Shown here: positions 43,016 through 56,620 of the stretch, one piece after another
Position numbering within the stretch: position 1 is the first letter of the stretch
How the letters are laid out: each line of letters begins with the position of its first letter
Assembly: GCF_009914755.1 (NCBI RefSeq)
Contig: NC_060927.1
Length of the DNA stretch: 64,000 nucleotides
Strand: one strand, 5' to 3'
Source of the DNA: the human T2T-CHM13v2.0 reference genome, Homo sapiens
The notes under the pieces: generated by a model
The model's database searches: none
Told to the model about the DNA's origin: nothing
What the model saw: the letters and a program-made list of their open reading frames with translations, nothing else
Made by a program: the position numbers and the translations under genes

Positions 43016-43044
<29 letters not shown>
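43016..43044. repeat. Pure poly(T)29
   Basis: Uninterrupted T run in otherwise unique-looking DNA. Confidence 0.95.
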
Positions 43045-43589
43045 GGCATGAACTCCCCTAGTTCCTCATGATTGTATAATTATTTCTACAAGGTTGCCTT
43101 TTGTCATTGTTTTTGTACATTCTGGAGAAATAATGGGCTGAGTGCTTTGGACAAATAATTAAAATTTGTATAAACTTTGTGGTGCATGAGGACAGCCAAA
43201 GAGAAGGGGTAATTCTCAGAGTAGCCATTTCTGGGGATACTGGACTCAAAGGGAGAGGAAATTCTTGTAAAAATTTTCCATGGATTTTGTTATCACTGTA
43301 TTTATCTTTTCTATTTCGAGACTTAGCAGGGAAAGGCCCAGCAAATGAGAAATTGCTGAAAAGGGCAACAAGATTTCAGGAGAATAAAGTAGAAAGTACC
43401 AGAAAAGTTGGCTTATAGGATCTGGCCACCAAACTGAGATCTGGGGGCAGTGTCCACCACTCTTTGGATAGGAACTATTAAGATCATATCAAGGCTCAAG
43501 TTCCAAAATGACTGAGTTCTCTGGTGCTTATGTTCTGTCCACTCAGTAGGTCAAAACCAAGAACCTATAAAACATACTAATTTCCCCAT

Positions 43590-43970
43590 TTTTCCTCATT
43601 TTTCATATCCAACCCTTTGCCAAACCTGTTTGCTCTGTCTTCAGTAAAAATCTTCAGTCAGCCTTTACAAATCACCATCTTCATTGACTAAGACTCTTAC
43701 AACAGCAGCCTTAATTTTACTGTTTCTCCTCACGCATCCATCCTCTGCATAATAGCTAGAATATTATTTTTAAAACATAGTTCAAGTCATTTAATTCCCC
43801 CATTTAAATACATTCAGTAGCTTCCCTGTTGCACACGGAACACAAGCCAAACTCCATCATATGGGCAACAAAGCCATGCATGACCTTTTTGCTTTATAAA
43901 TCTCTAACGTTGTCCTTAACCTCTTCCCTCTTGTTCACTATACTGATGACTATTCTCTATTCCTTTGTGT
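43590..43970 (+). mobile_element. L2 fragment
   Basis: atccatcctctgcataatagctagaatattatttttaaaacatag...ttcagtagcttccctgttgcac...ccaaactcc. Confidence 0.65.
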
Positions 43971-44315
43971 TCAGCAAACTGGGATGTTGCTATGCCAGCA
44001 GATGGGGCCAAGGAATCCAGCCTCACAGAGAAACACAGAACTATAGATTGGGAACAAGGCAGAACCTAAGCCAGAACTCCACCATGAATTCACTTTTATT
44101 CCCTCTCTCACCATCACTCCTGTTTTGTCTTTGTAATTATTCTGCTAATACTATGGAAGTATATAAGCCTGTGAAGTGATTTGAATACAGGGAAAGGATC
44201 CTTGTAGTTGGAAATCTGTACACAGAAAATAAATGGCCCAATCTAGAACTCTGTAGTCTCTACTGAATCTCATGCTAGAATCTTGGCAGTGTGTGTCACT
44301 AACTGAAGACATTTG

Positions 44316-44837
44316 ATTTATAAAGACACATGCACACGTATGTTTAGTGCAGCACTGTTTACAATAGCAAAGACTTGGAACCAACCCAAATGCCTATCAA
44401 TGATAGACTGGATAAAGAAAACATGGCACATATACACTGTGAAATACTATGCAGCCATAAAAAAGAATGAGTTCATGTCCTTTGCAGGGACATGGATGAA
44501 GCTGGAAACAATCCTCCTCAGCAAGCTAACACAGGAACAGAAAACCAAACACTGCATATTCTCACTCATAAGTGGGAGCTGAACAATGAGAACATATGGA
44601 CACAAGGAGGGGAACATCACACACTGGGGCCTGTTGGGGGGTGGGGGAAAATGGGAGGGAGAGCATTAGGACAAATACCTGATGCATGCCGGGTTTAAAA
44701 CCTAGATGATGGGTTGATAGGTGCAGCAAACCACCATGACACATGTACACCTATGTAACAAACCTGCATATTCAGCATATGTATCCCAGAACTTAAAGTA
44801 AAATAAAATAAATAATTTATAAACAAACAAACAAAAA
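44316..44837 (+). mobile_element. L1PA8-like 5'-truncated L1 (ORF2p C-terminal remnant, 3' UTR and tail)
   Basis: ORF 44313..44582 reads YKDTCTRMFSAALFTIAKTWNQPKC...FSLISGS, the L1 ORF2p C-terminus; gcattaggacaaatacct 3' UTR; TSD aagacatttg/aagaaatttg. Confidence 0.95.
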
Positions 44838-47049
44838 AAGAAATTTGTCTCTCACTCAGTTTGAGTGGATCCAATGAAAGCACTGGAGATTAAGGCAAGA
44901 AAAACAGTGCCTGCAGCAATCAGGAAACAAAAGCAAACATCTCTCCACCCCACCTTGGGGCTGACAACAAAAGCCAGGAGGGCCCCTTTCCCTGCAGGCA
45001 CCCTTCCTTTGAAGAAACAAGTGTAGAGTAGAGCAATTAGAAGAAGCACATGGAGAGCATTGCCAAGTGCCCCCCTCACTACCTTAATCAAAATATTTCC
45101 CTTTCACGAGAAGCTCATTTAGAGAAGACGTAATGAGCTGGTGTCACCTCAATTCTCCAAGGTTAGTCGTGCCATGTGAGCCCGCCAGCGTTTCATGCTC
45201 CAGTTTCAGCCTCCTCTTTCCTCATTGCCTAGAGTAGACAAGGCTGTCACTTGGAAGATGAAATATATTGGCAAATTAATTAACTTTGTCCAGCAACTGG
45301 AGAATTAGATTTCTGCTAAAGGTCTGAGTGATGGATTCTCAAGACATTGAAGGAATTAAATACCACTTTTTTTTTCTTTTTGCTTTTAGATCATATAGGT
45401 ATCATTGTTTCACTCCTTTCATCTGTCTTCCATTTATTACCACATTTCACCTACAAAGCCAGTAGAATTTGCTTTGGCAGATGATGACTCTTGTGAGAAT
45501 TTTTAATCTCTATAAACTCTTTATCAATTAATTACAAAACCAAGAAGCTAATAAATATTAGATTGAAGAAGAGTAGGAGGCAGCTGTATTAGAAGAGTAC
45601 TTTGTAAAGATTTTCTTTCCTTGACTGGCTCTTTGTCCTGATTTTGAAATGCACGAGGAGGAGAGCAGTAGAATGTAAAATGAATACAGGAATTTACAGA
45701 ATCATGGATAAACAATATAAGCCCTTTAAGGGATTTTTGCAATTAAAAACCTAAGGCAGAGAGAAAGCATTTATGATTCTCTCCTGACCAGTATGCCAGT
45801 ATGGACACACAGTGTGTACTTTGTTGGATATGTTTATTTGTTCTCACTTTGGGTTTGGAACAATATATACAAAAGCACTGTTTTAATGATACTGACATGT
45901 ACAGTCTTAGGGGGGTATTGCCCAAATGAAAACAGAGCAAGTTTGAAGGGAAAGTATTTTAAGGACATATTTACTCAGATTATGGTTAAAAATGAGCTCC
46001 TGAAACATCATCCTTTTTTCTCTCTTTTTGTTAAACATCACTTAGTGAATACACCAAAGAATCATAGCTATGCCTATTACCATAAATTCTTAATAATATA
46101 TACTACAAATGAACAAGTAAGCGAAAACACAATAATTGAGAGACCACATCTAAATAGTGAATATGTACAGGTGACTCATTTATGAAAATACAACACACAA
46201 TGGTTAGACATTGAGGGTAAAGAAGAAGAACTGTTCATTTAAATTATTTGTGTGTGTTCATTTTAGTTTAATTTTTAAAGGGTAGAATGCAAAGAAGGAA
46301 TCATGGAATCAAACAACCTGCTAAAATAAAATTGAAATAGAAATTGAAGATGAGCAGTCCATTTTTGATATGAGCCTCAGCAGAAAACAAGTCTTTTTTT
46401 TTTTTTTTTCTATTCTTATGAAGTCTTTATCAAATTTAAGGGATATCCAGCAGTTGAATCATTAAGATCAACTTCTTGGTATTATGTTAGTCAGTTATAT
46501 CAGGAAAATGTTTAAACAGTCAAAGGAGCTATCTACTTCTTAATGATTCCCCAAAACAGAACTTAGGTAGATCTTGCAGCCTCTCCTGAGCTGAATAAAA
46601 TGAGGCCACCCTAAGAAAAGTAAAGCTTTAAAGTCGCAGAGGGTGGTTATTTAGAGCAATGTTTCTCTGCGTTTGTGTGGAGAAATGCCTGAAAGGCAGC
46701 AGGAATGATGTGCGCTGAAAATGTCCCCTCTGGGATGACATATGACAATCCTATTCATACACTAAATATTTACTGCCGTCACTTTTTTTAAAAAAACAAA
46801 CAAACCTCTTTTTGGTATTTGATTCTTATGATAACTTCTATTTAGCAAAATAATATTTTGTCTCACAAAAAACGATCTGAATTTTACCAGCTTGATATTT
46901 CAAAAGTTTTCGTTACAAAATGAATATATGTTTTGCTAAATAGGCCATTCCACCTAAGCATTTCAATAGTGTCAAGGAAGCCCTGAATTTTATATCATTA
47001 CAGTCTATGATAGAGTGTAAATGTAATGATTTGTATGAATGCAGTCATT

Positions 47050-48062
47050 TGTAAATATCTCTCACTACGTGCTCTCTCGCTGGTAAGCAGATTTCTCTTC
47101 TTGCTCCCCGTCTACCATTACAGCTAAGCCATGAGGTTTAGTGGCCCTGGGAAATTAGAAGATAAAATTGGGGGAAGTTTCTTCCAGAGAAACAAAGAAA
47201 ATGGAGAGATGGCCCCTTTGAGCCATTAGACTAAGGAAGATGGGCAAGTTGGCAGACTATGGAAGTGGCTTCTGACTTTCATGTGATGGAAAGGTTGCAG
47301 AGAAGACTAGACTCAGTAAAGCTTTGGTCCCTTTCTCTCACTTATTTGCCTGGAAAGAGAGAGCTGTCCTGGGACACCCTGATCCAGGTCAGGGTGGGCG
47401 GTTTATCTCTGGTGAAGGAGAGGAGCTAAAGAGATAATTCTGAGGCTGAGTTCTTGGTGCTCCACTCTTTCATGTGGTATGCAAGGGATCCAGATGTTTC
47501 TATGGGTTCTGTTAAATTGGCATGGGGGTGCGGAGAGGGTGGATAAAATATCAGAGGTCCAAGGTGGAAATAAAGAGGAAGCTGGCTAGAATGAGAGCCC
47601 AGCAGTCACTGTCAGCATATCACCCCCAAAGGCTTCATAGGACCGTAATACTTCTGTGGTCATCAGCCTGAAGCCCAGAACAGATGGAGGTTCCCACTAT
47701 GAAATGAGCCCCATTACTGACTTTCAGGCCTCATTCCAAGATTTTCATCTACTTCAGTTGTATGAGCTCGTCTAGCCTCTTATCTTGGAGCCAGACACCA
47801 TGTTAAGCAGCATCAGGAGAAGGTGGGATAAATGTGAAAATTAGCATTTATTTAAAGGATATCTAAATATGGAAAATACACTATATAGACTGAAGGAGAC
47901 AAAGACATTGTTAATGGTTAAACAACGTCCTCTCCATTCCAACCTAACTTCGGTCTACTGAGCAAGTAGAAGACTGTGAGAAATAAAACAATTACAGAAA
48001 ATTAAGACATTTCTTTTTGTCACCTCAGTGACAGTGTGTAAATTTCCAAACCAATTCCACAC
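47050..48062 (+). mobile_element. Probable ancient Gypsy-type solo LTR (MamGypLTR/LTR85-88-like)
   Basis: About 1 kb, more GC-rich than flanks; 3' end aaataaaacaattacagaaaattaagacatttctttttgtcacctcagtgacagtgtgtaaatt...ccaca resembles these LTRs as recalled. Confidence 0.45.
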
Positions 48063-49169
48063 AATTGCACTAAAATATAAATACTAACTTATCCTTTCAA
48101 TGGATACTTTTTTCTTTGAGTTCCTCCAACAGAGTCCCTTTCCTTGTAAGTTTTGAAAAGGTTGTCAACATTCCTTCATCACAATTCAGCAAAACACTAG
48201 CTGCTATGTCATGCTCGGGTATCAACAGCGGAACTTCTTTGCACTCTCCCTCCTTCTCTCTTCTGAATAACAGGAAGGGTAAGAGTCAGCAGCACACATT
48301 GGATTTAGAACTGAAAGTATCTTTGGTTCCCTGCTAAGACTTAACTATCTCCTAGGAACCACATCATCTTTTCATACGAGCTGTTATCATTTGTTCCTCC
48401 TCCTCTTTTTTATTTAGTCATGATTTTTGTTTCTCCTCCCCTCCCCCCAACTAAAGGCATAAACTTTAATGATGAAATTTCATGCTCAGTCAACTTCTTT
48501 ATGGCCACTTAAGAAGCATCAATGAGGTTATAGGCCTGCTCTTGGGAGCACTGCTGTCTGTTTCTTATTATAGTGTGGGTGGCAGAGGGTAAAGAGTGGT
48601 CAAGCACTAAGCAGCAGGCGCTTCCCCACCTTGGTACTCTGTCGAGTACATCATATCCCCAGATACAAAAATGGGAGATAGTGACTTCCATGCTTCTGTT
48701 TTGGAGCCTGCAGCTAAAACTCCCCTATGTTTTTATTCACTATTCATTCAATCTAATACATAAACTTGCTTTGTTCTTTAAATGGTCCTTTATGCCCTCT
48801 ACTCAATTTTTTAAGTGACTCAGTTTCAACATGCTGACATTTTTGACACAAGTGCTTCCCTCCCTGCATCTTTCTTTACAATTTCTTCTGCCCAAAACAT
48901 AACATATCTCTATCTCTGATTTCTGAAACACTAGCACATCTTTTTTCATTTTCAGCTTAGTTCTTGAAGATAATATATGCAATAACCCTTTCATTCAGAT
49001 GCAGAAACAAGTACAACCCACATTCAAGTAGCATTTAACTAACTACAGAAGCTGATTTTTATATCACAAACTCAAATATTTGCATTTTAAATTTATTTTG
49101 CCTAGATTACATTCACTTATCAACTCTTGAAAGTTGCAGTGTATAAATATGCTAATTGCATTATGCTGC

Positions 49170-49370
49170 TAGTGCCATTAAGGTTTTAAGAGTAAAGAGA
49201 TTGGGATTATGTTTTACTAATGGCTGCATGATCTTGAACAAGTCACTCAACCTCTGAGCCTAAGTTTCCTCTGGAAAACTAACAAACTATTACTTTTACC
49301 AATAGCTACTTTACAGGACAGTTGTAAGGGTTAAATGATAAAGGGTGCAAGTTCTTTGGCACAACAACAA
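49170..49370 (+). mobile_element. MIR
   Basis: atcttgaacaagtcactcaacctctgagcctaagtttcctc...gttgtaaggttaaatga-like core. Confidence 0.8.
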
Positions 49371-50055
49371 AAACAACAAAATATATAGCAAGGCAGAGTC
49401 TTATTATTTTGCTCACTTAATTCTTAAAAAAGTAAGAAACAGCAAAGGCAGAATTACCAACTTCAAAATAAAAAACAATTATTTCTTCTGAGTAGTTATC
49501 AACCCAGGAATGTATTTTTCAGACTTTTATTTTTGCCTATGACCAGACCTGGCATCATTTTAATCAGAAGGCCTAAACCATATTTCTCTATTGATATAAA
49601 GTAATGAAAGATATCACATGAAGTGTTATAAATTTAGTATAATTGACATGCTCTGTAAGTTTCATGTGACATCTAGTAAATTCAATCAATTTGGAATGAA
49701 GTAACCACTCCCCAAAACATGCTTTGCTTTTTAAGATACAGAAACAGTATAAGGTAAGGTTTCCATTCTTAATGAGTCTATACTCTGTAGTATAGAGTGT
49801 GGTATAATCTCAAAGATCTTAGTGTTCTTTAAATGACCTATGTAATACTTGAGTCCTCTCTAGAATGGGACTCCTGATCCACTGTTCAGACAACGGTCAA
49901 TTACCTCCAGTGAAAGGAACATTACTACTTCATAAGCAAATCTGATTCTCCCTTTTGCCTGGTCTGAATGAAAATTTTCCTTACATTAACTTTCCAAGCA
50001 GTATAAATACTACCATCATTAATTCTACCATCTTGAATTCTACCCTTTGTTTACA

Positions 50056-50374
50056 CTATGGACTAAATGTTAACCTTAAGTTGAAGGCTAAATCTCCAAT
50101 GTGATGGTTTTTGGAGGTGAGGCTTTTGGGAAGAAATTAGGTCATGAGCCCTTCTTATGAAGATATGAAGAGATCAGCACTCTCTGTCTCCACCCTGTAA
50201 AAATACAATGAGAAGTCAATCATCTGTAAACCAGGATGAGGGCCCTCACCAGGACCCATCCATGCTGGCAACCTGATCACAGACTTCCAGTCTACAGAAC
50301 TGTGAGAATACATGTTTGTTGTTTAAGCCACCCAGTCTATACTATTCTGTTATAGCAGTCTGAACTGACTAAGA
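50056..50374 (+). mobile_element. MLT1A0-like MaLR solo LTR with internal deletion
   Basis: ccaatgtgatggtttttggaggtgaggc...attaggtcatgag...gacttccagtctacagaactgtgagaa...tttaagccacccagtctat...gaactgactaaga. Confidence 0.88.
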
Positions 50375-50769
50375 AAGTAGCTATTCACTTAAATCTTTTT
50401 GTTTGCGAAATGGATGGGTGAATGCATTAATTGTTCAAAGAAGAAAATGGGGAAGCTGGAATTTATCAGGGAGGGAAGGCTCAATAATCAACATAAGGCT
50501 TGATCTGGGCTTAAAAGAATGCCAAGGATTTAAATAATAATTAAAGAGGGGGAACAAAGCACACTCCAATAAGGGAATAACCCAGCCAAGGCTCAGAGGC
50601 AAAAAATGAGGGTGAGAGCCTCAGGGATTTTCTCTCAGGACTATTGGCAGTTTGAAAGGAGCTAACTGCAAAGATCAACACTTTTCTTAGGAGTGAGGAC
50701 CAGATCTAACAATGGTAAAGAAGCAATACTTCTGCAAAATTTCACTTGGCTCACGCATCCTCCCCCTGA

Positions 50770-51140
50770 AAAAGAGGCGGAGGGGATTCCACATTTTTGG
50801 AAATCCAGAAATGCTTAAGAGAGAAATTTTCTGCTGTAGGGAGTAATTTCATATAATGCCACCTACTGAGATTTGTAGCAGCCTGGCATTTTTGCACACC
50901 AGGGGACAATTAGGTTGTATATCTGGGCTTATGATATTGATAAACTTAGCTAATGAGTCACAGGTGTGGTTGTGGTAGGCCAGGAAATCCAGATTTGCAA
51001 AGTTCCTGAGAACAGAGGTGGAGAAGTTACATCTTTGAAAACAGTTCTCATCCAATGAACAGTGCCGGAACTCAGAACGCTAGTGAATTTTCAGTAGCAG
51101 CGACCAACAGCTTTGTGTCTTATAAATTCAGGAAGAATTC
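50770..51140. promoter_or_regulatory. Candidate enhancer (motif cluster only)
   Basis: TGAGTCA 50954-60, CAGGTG 50961-66, TGTGGT twice 50965-76, TTCCTGAGAA 51003-12, CCGGAA 51065-70, GGGGATTCCA 50782-91; no activity data. Confidence 0.35.
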
Positions 51141-52004
51141 ACAGTGTCCAAAGAAATGTATGCATTTTAAAATTCAGAGCAAAACAAAATGCTTACTGAT
51201 TCAAGGGGCAAAGAAGAGAATGCCTCAAATAAAATCAAATATGAGAATTGCATTCTTATTTTAACCCATGCTCTGTCATCCAAACCATTCTTGAATTGTT
51301 TTGGCAATTTGTTCACTCATCTCATAGAAGGCTTTCGAGTGAAATATTCCCTCCCCCGACCCCAGACCATGAAATGTGAGCCTTCTAAAGATATATAAAA
51401 ATCTTATTAGGTTCAGAAGACTATTAAAACCAATCTTTTTGTCCTATGTACCCCCTACTTCTAAAACAAGTGGTGAAGAGTTAAAGTCCACAGGTTGACA
51501 GCTTGGAAAACTTGATGCAAAAATTGGATAGAATGCCTTATTGCACAAAGAAGATTTGAGAAAATAAATCTATCTCCATGTGATAAGTGCACTGCCATTC
51601 TTTCTAACTTTACTAGCCCTAATATTTTGGCTGTAGAATTAACCAATATCCTACTGTGATAAGGAGCTTCAAATTCTCTGGTGAGTTTTAATATACTGTA
51701 GAATGAAGAGATTCGTGTATTACAGCATATCAACATGAAATCTTTTTATTTGCTCATATGTGTTTGTTTTCCTTAGTATTTTTCCATTGGCACTAAAATA
51801 TGTAAATATTGTCACACAACACTTAGTACCAAAAGACTATACCAGCAACAGTTGGTATTTCAAATTATTCAGGTTCTGTTTTGATTCCATAAAGTGGGGT
51901 TTAGTTTTTGACTGTGTTAGTAGATATGAAAATGATGGTAATAATAAGTTGTAATAACACAGAGGACATTCAATTAGGGGTAAGAAGACTGGTTTTCTAG
52001 TAAA

Positions 52005-52250
52005 AGTGGTCATTATTTAATGAGTGCTTACTATGTGCTAAGCACCATGTCATTTAAAACATTGCCTCATTTAATCCTCAAGACAAGCCTAAGAATTAGA
52101 TACTGATATTGTCCTTATTTTACAAAAGAGGAAACCAACACTACCATGATTAAAATATAATTCATTTGAGGTCATCCAGCCAACAAAGAGTCGAAGCCAT
52201 ATCTCGACTCCAGGTAGTCAGACACCGATGCTCATATTTCACATCTTCAG
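52005..52250 (-). mobile_element. MIR
   Basis: gagtgcttactatgtgctaagcacc...ctcatttaatcctcaagacaagcct...ttttacaaaagaggaaac. Confidence 0.85.
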
Positions 52251-52274
52251 TAGTCACTGAGTTTTGTCATTTGC

Positions 52275-52440
52275 TTACTGTATGTCTCTGTTAGTTATCC
52301 TTCCTGTGCCTCTGTTTCCTCATCTGTAAAATGGAAATAATAATAGCAGCCTTGCTCAGTTCATAATACTGTAGTGAAAAGCAAATGGCATTGTATATAT
52401 GGAAGTATTTTGTCAAATCTAGAGCATAAAAGAGTTTTAA
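52275..52440 (+). mobile_element. MIR
   Basis: ctgtgcctctgtttcctcatctgtaaaatggaaataataatag. Confidence 0.85.
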
Positions 52441-53109
52441 CCCTGTTGCGGTTATTTCTCTAAAGTAAAACAAAGAGATTCTGCAAACTGCAAGTCTTCT
52501 CCCTGGATTAATTCTTAACATAGAACAATCTTCTAAGTTATCTCTCAAAGTCTATGGGTATGTGATATTATCCACTCATAAAGCAGGTAGCTGTGCTCAC
52601 AGAGTGATTACTGGGCACCTCTTTCTGTGGCCTGAAGTTGTCCGAGATATTACAGGAGAGCTTAAGACAAATCTCAGGAAGGCTTAAGGCAAATATACAA
52701 GTGGCCTCTAAAAGCAAATAACAACTGGTATTCAACAGGTACTACAGGGATCTATTCATTGTGGAAATACTGAAATATTTCTGCATCAACTGACCAATAA
52801 CTGCTGCCTTGAGCCCCCTAGGGCCTATGCCCCATCCTCATTTGTCTTCTTTGACTACCACAGCTCCTCCCCTGGGGCCTCCTGGACCTCACTGTGCTCC
52901 AGCAGCTAAACTAACCTTAGACACAGCAGAGGGGGGGCCTCCAGGACTCTGGGCTGTAACTATCTCTGTTTTGATTGGTTGGTACTCAATTCACTTTTGT
53001 TGCTAAATGTTCTCAATATAAACTCTGGAAGTACTCCTAATGAAAGTTACCATTTCAGACCTTATCATTCATACATTTGCATCTATTTATAAATTAAGGT
53101 TAGCAGATT

Positions 53110-53310
53110 CTTTTCATTGGCAGGGAAAAGAGTAGTTCTGCAAGTCTCTGGGCTCTCTCCCTCAGCACTTTCCGGAGCTCACCTCCCTGGAAGTGCATGA
53201 GCACACTGTATTGTATTTGTCTGTTTGCTTGTTGCTCCTCCTCCTTGTGGGCAGGAACAGTTTTTTTCCCAATGCCTAATACAGGGACTCCATCAGCAGT
53301 CATAGTGAGA
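53110..53310 (+). mobile_element. L2 3' end
   Basis: gcacactgtattgtatttgtctgtttgcttg...ctccttgtgggcaggaac...cccaatgcctaatacaggg. Confidence 0.65.
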
Positions 53311-53519
53311 TAAAGCATATTGCTACTGGGACAAGAGAATGAGGAAGAAGAAGGGAAGACCAAGAACTGGTGGAAGTAGCAGATCTGTTAGTGTTTCCCA
53401 TAGCTTAAGCTGGCCAACCTGTGTCAGAGGTGGGGCCCTTGATTTTCTGAACATTTTTAGACATTCTACCCTCAATAATGCTCTGTGTTAGTATAGATTC
53501 AGTTGCTTCAGATGCATTG

Positions 53520-53960
53520 GAAACAAGACAGGGCTCAAAGTCACACAGAACTGAGTTTAGATTCTGTTCCCACTTAGGTGTGTGATCTCTGGTAAGAAAC
53601 TGAAACTCACTGAGCTGCAACACCCTCCCCCAGCAATAAAAAATGAGATTGATGATATACACCTGACAATGTGAGAAAGAAATAGAAACAAAATGTGCAA
53701 AGAACTCTGAGTGTTGTCGAGTCTTCAATAAATGCTGGTCACCTTCCTTTTGTATGGCACTTTAGAATTTATACAGCATAAATCTGTGGGATTTTTGTTA
53801 TAATAGTATAGGAAATTATCAGCAAGCAATTAAAATTTACAATTTTAAAGAGAGGAACCTGAGACTCATATGTAAAATAACTAATCCAAGATCATACAGC
53901 AGTAAGCAGAAGTGCCAAGGCTGGAGTAATGGTCTCCTGATGCCTGTTGGCGTGTTCTTT
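53520..53960. mobile_element. Two MIR fragments (+ ~53520-53740, - ~53750-53960)
   Basis: cacttaggtgtgtgatctctggtaag...tcaataaatgctgg (+); gaggaacctgagactc...ccaagatcatacagcagtaagcagaag (-). Confidence 0.65.
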
Positions 53961-55104
53961 TGAGTCCATGGGACTCTCAATTTACAATGTATAGAGCCCT
54001 TTAAAAGAAAGTGGTAGGGTTATACTTCATTTGGACAACTAACACACCCTCCACAACCCCTCGTCTTGCTACATCTGGTGGTGTGGCGGAAAAGGCATAG
54101 GATGCAAAAGCAACTAACATGGTTGGAGGGTACACTCTCCTTGCTATTTTGTGTTTCCGGGCCTATTGTTTTTCTTCTTTAGATCTTTATTTTCTAACCA
54201 GTTAAATGGATATGTTTTTAGGTTTAAGTGGCATTATCCAAGAGCTTTGTAAACTCTGAATAGCTACCTACGTGTCTGGGATACCACCACTATCACCACA
54301 TAAAACACAGAGTACATTCTTCCAAAGACACAGGCTTTTGCTTCATTGGGCATTAAGTTTCATAATAAAGATGTAGGCCTTTTGTGGCCTGTCACTTTCA
54401 CCTCTGGTTCTAATGGGCAAGATTGAAGGACATTATGAATTGCTTTTATTTTCCTAGAAAATAATTACTTTAAGAATATTATCATGCTTTCTCTTTACTA
54501 GAAGTTCCAAAGTGGTCTAGAAGAGACTCTGAGATTGCAAATATGCAACCTGTTATATGGGAGATACATGCCAGTTGGGTTATTCATCATAAATTTTTAT
54601 GTTGTGTTACTGTAGCTGCTGAACAGCTGTTGTGCTGTATCCTGGTGGCTGCATTCCAATGGTGGGCAAAGAGGCTTCTAAGTCTGCTAAATGTGCTCTA
54701 CGGTAATTGCTAATTCAGTGTATTTAGCTCCACTAGGATTGGAGGCATTAAGAAAATACACATAGGGAAGCAGGTTGCCATGAGCCAATGCTCTGATTTT
54801 TGAGGAAAAAGGGGATCTTATGAAGCAGTTGCTTTCTAATTTCACTAGAATTTAATTCAGATCATTTCGTTTCAGCAAAGCACTATGCTAGGTGGTAGAT
54901 GAGGCAAAACAAAAACACCCCACTCTTTCCTGTCCTGGCAGCATGTTTATTTCAGTGGAGAAGACAGAAACAGACTAACATAATTCCTCCACAGGACCTG
55001 GATCTGACTGACCAAAGTAGGACAAAACCATATTTTGATGTGGCCTTGAACACAACCCCTTGGTGTATTTGCCTGGTTATATGAAAATCATTATACTTTC
55101 CTTT

Positions 55105-55515
55105 TGTAGCAGACACTGTAGTCACCCCACTCATACATAGCTCCTTAGCCTACCTTGCAAGACATTAGTGGCTTCCATGACCAGTTTCCTGACATCAAGC
55201 ACCTGTGTTCTCTGCCTCTCTTTCCTGGCCATAGGAATGCTCTTCTTGTACATGGAGCAGAATGACAGTGCAGGGAAGCTAATGCTTCCAGGAGTAACCT
55301 TCAACCAAGGAAAGATATGAGTTTGTGGATAAATACTTCACTTTCTTGTCTCGTGGCAGGAAAATTCTGAGGTATAGTCTACATAGTCTTTCAGAGAGTA
55401 CCCAGCAAGATTGGGCCACCATTGCTCACAGTGCTCAGGATTTTATTAATGCACCCTTTATTGGCTTGCATCTGAATGCTTTTCTCACTGATTTGGGAGG
55501 AACTCAAACTAAGAC
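55105..55515 (+). mobile_element. LTR16-family (ERVL) solo LTR
   Basis: tgtagcagacactgt...ccaggagtaaccttcaaccaa...gtggataaatac...aattctgagg...taatgcaccctttattggctt...gaactcaaactaagac. Confidence 0.82.
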
Positions 55516-56419
55516 TTATTTATTATCTTGAGATAATTTTGTTTGAGAATTTTAGCCAATGTACAAAGAATCCACAGATCTTCAATAAGATACCATTCTG
55601 TATTTTTTCTGGTTTCCAACCTCCTCAAGTATACTATATACATTCTAGGTCTAGATGTTGAGTGCTGTGCCTCAGTTTATGCTGCTCCTTTGACAGCAAT
55701 GACTTCCTTTGTACCATAAAATTGGATGCAACCACTAAAAGTGGTCCCCCTAATATCCTAGATTTAACCCTATCACTTTATCTCACTTTGTGTTCCAACT
55801 CGTACCTGGCATCCCTATCTCTGCACTGCTCACTAGACACTATTCTAAATATAGTTTTTTTTTTGGCACAGATCTTTGGTTTATAACTCCTCTCCTCTGC
55901 TAAAACATCAATTTTCTCTTCAAATTATTTCCAACTCTGGTCATTACAGGGAACACTCCAGCCCAAACCAGAACTTTCTTAAATCTCTACATAGGAAACA
56001 TTTCAAAGGTCTTTGCTGTGTTGCATTCCCCAGGCTTCTGCAACTGGGCAGGGCTGTTCTGCTCAACATTTGCTATTCATAATGTAAGGGGAAATTATGC
56101 TCCAGTAATTGATATGTAAGCTGTGGGAAAAAATGGGCAAGCATGTAATTTATCGAGAATCAGAGAATTTCTAAAACTGGTTTGTGAGGGTGCTTTCTTT
56201 AAAAAAGTGACTGAATAAAGGAATTGTTTAGTCAGAGATTAGCAACACTAGATAGGAATTATCTGGCAGGCAATAGAATTAGGAAAGCAGAGACTAAGAG
56301 ATCAGACAGGCAGAATAAAGAAGAGCAGACCTCTATTAAGGCAGAAGGGGGAAAATAATGACGTCCTGGTGAAAGGATGGGCAGCTATCAAAAAAGGAAA
56401 TAAAATATCCTGAGGACCA

Positions 56420-56620
56420 GGATACAAAATAATACACATATCATCCGTGATTTTCTTTTTCATTGTCTCTTCTTACAGCCTTATGTCATAGATACTAGAA
56501 TCTCCACTTTGCAGATGGCGAAAGAAACTCAAATTACTCACTTGTGTGCAGATAGTGACAGTCAGGATCTACATAACTATTTGATGCTGTAGTCAAGTCT
56601 CTTTTCTTCATATCACACTT
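56420..56620 (-). mobile_element. MIR fragment
   Basis: cttacagccttatgtcatagatactagaatctccactttgcagatgg. Confidence 0.55.

Noticed and set aside
43983-44312. LTR-like stretch with TATATAA and AATAAA
   Set aside because: No family or termini that I could recognise
44313-44582. ORF with real protein similarity
   Set aside because: It is the C-terminus of L1 ORF2p in a ~520-bp truncated copy with no promoter or start; listed as a mobile element
48133-48278. Possible 146-nt exon (caacag ... GTAAGA)
   Set aside because: Competing AG in the tract, a nearer GTAAGT donor, and no partner exon or recognisable peptide
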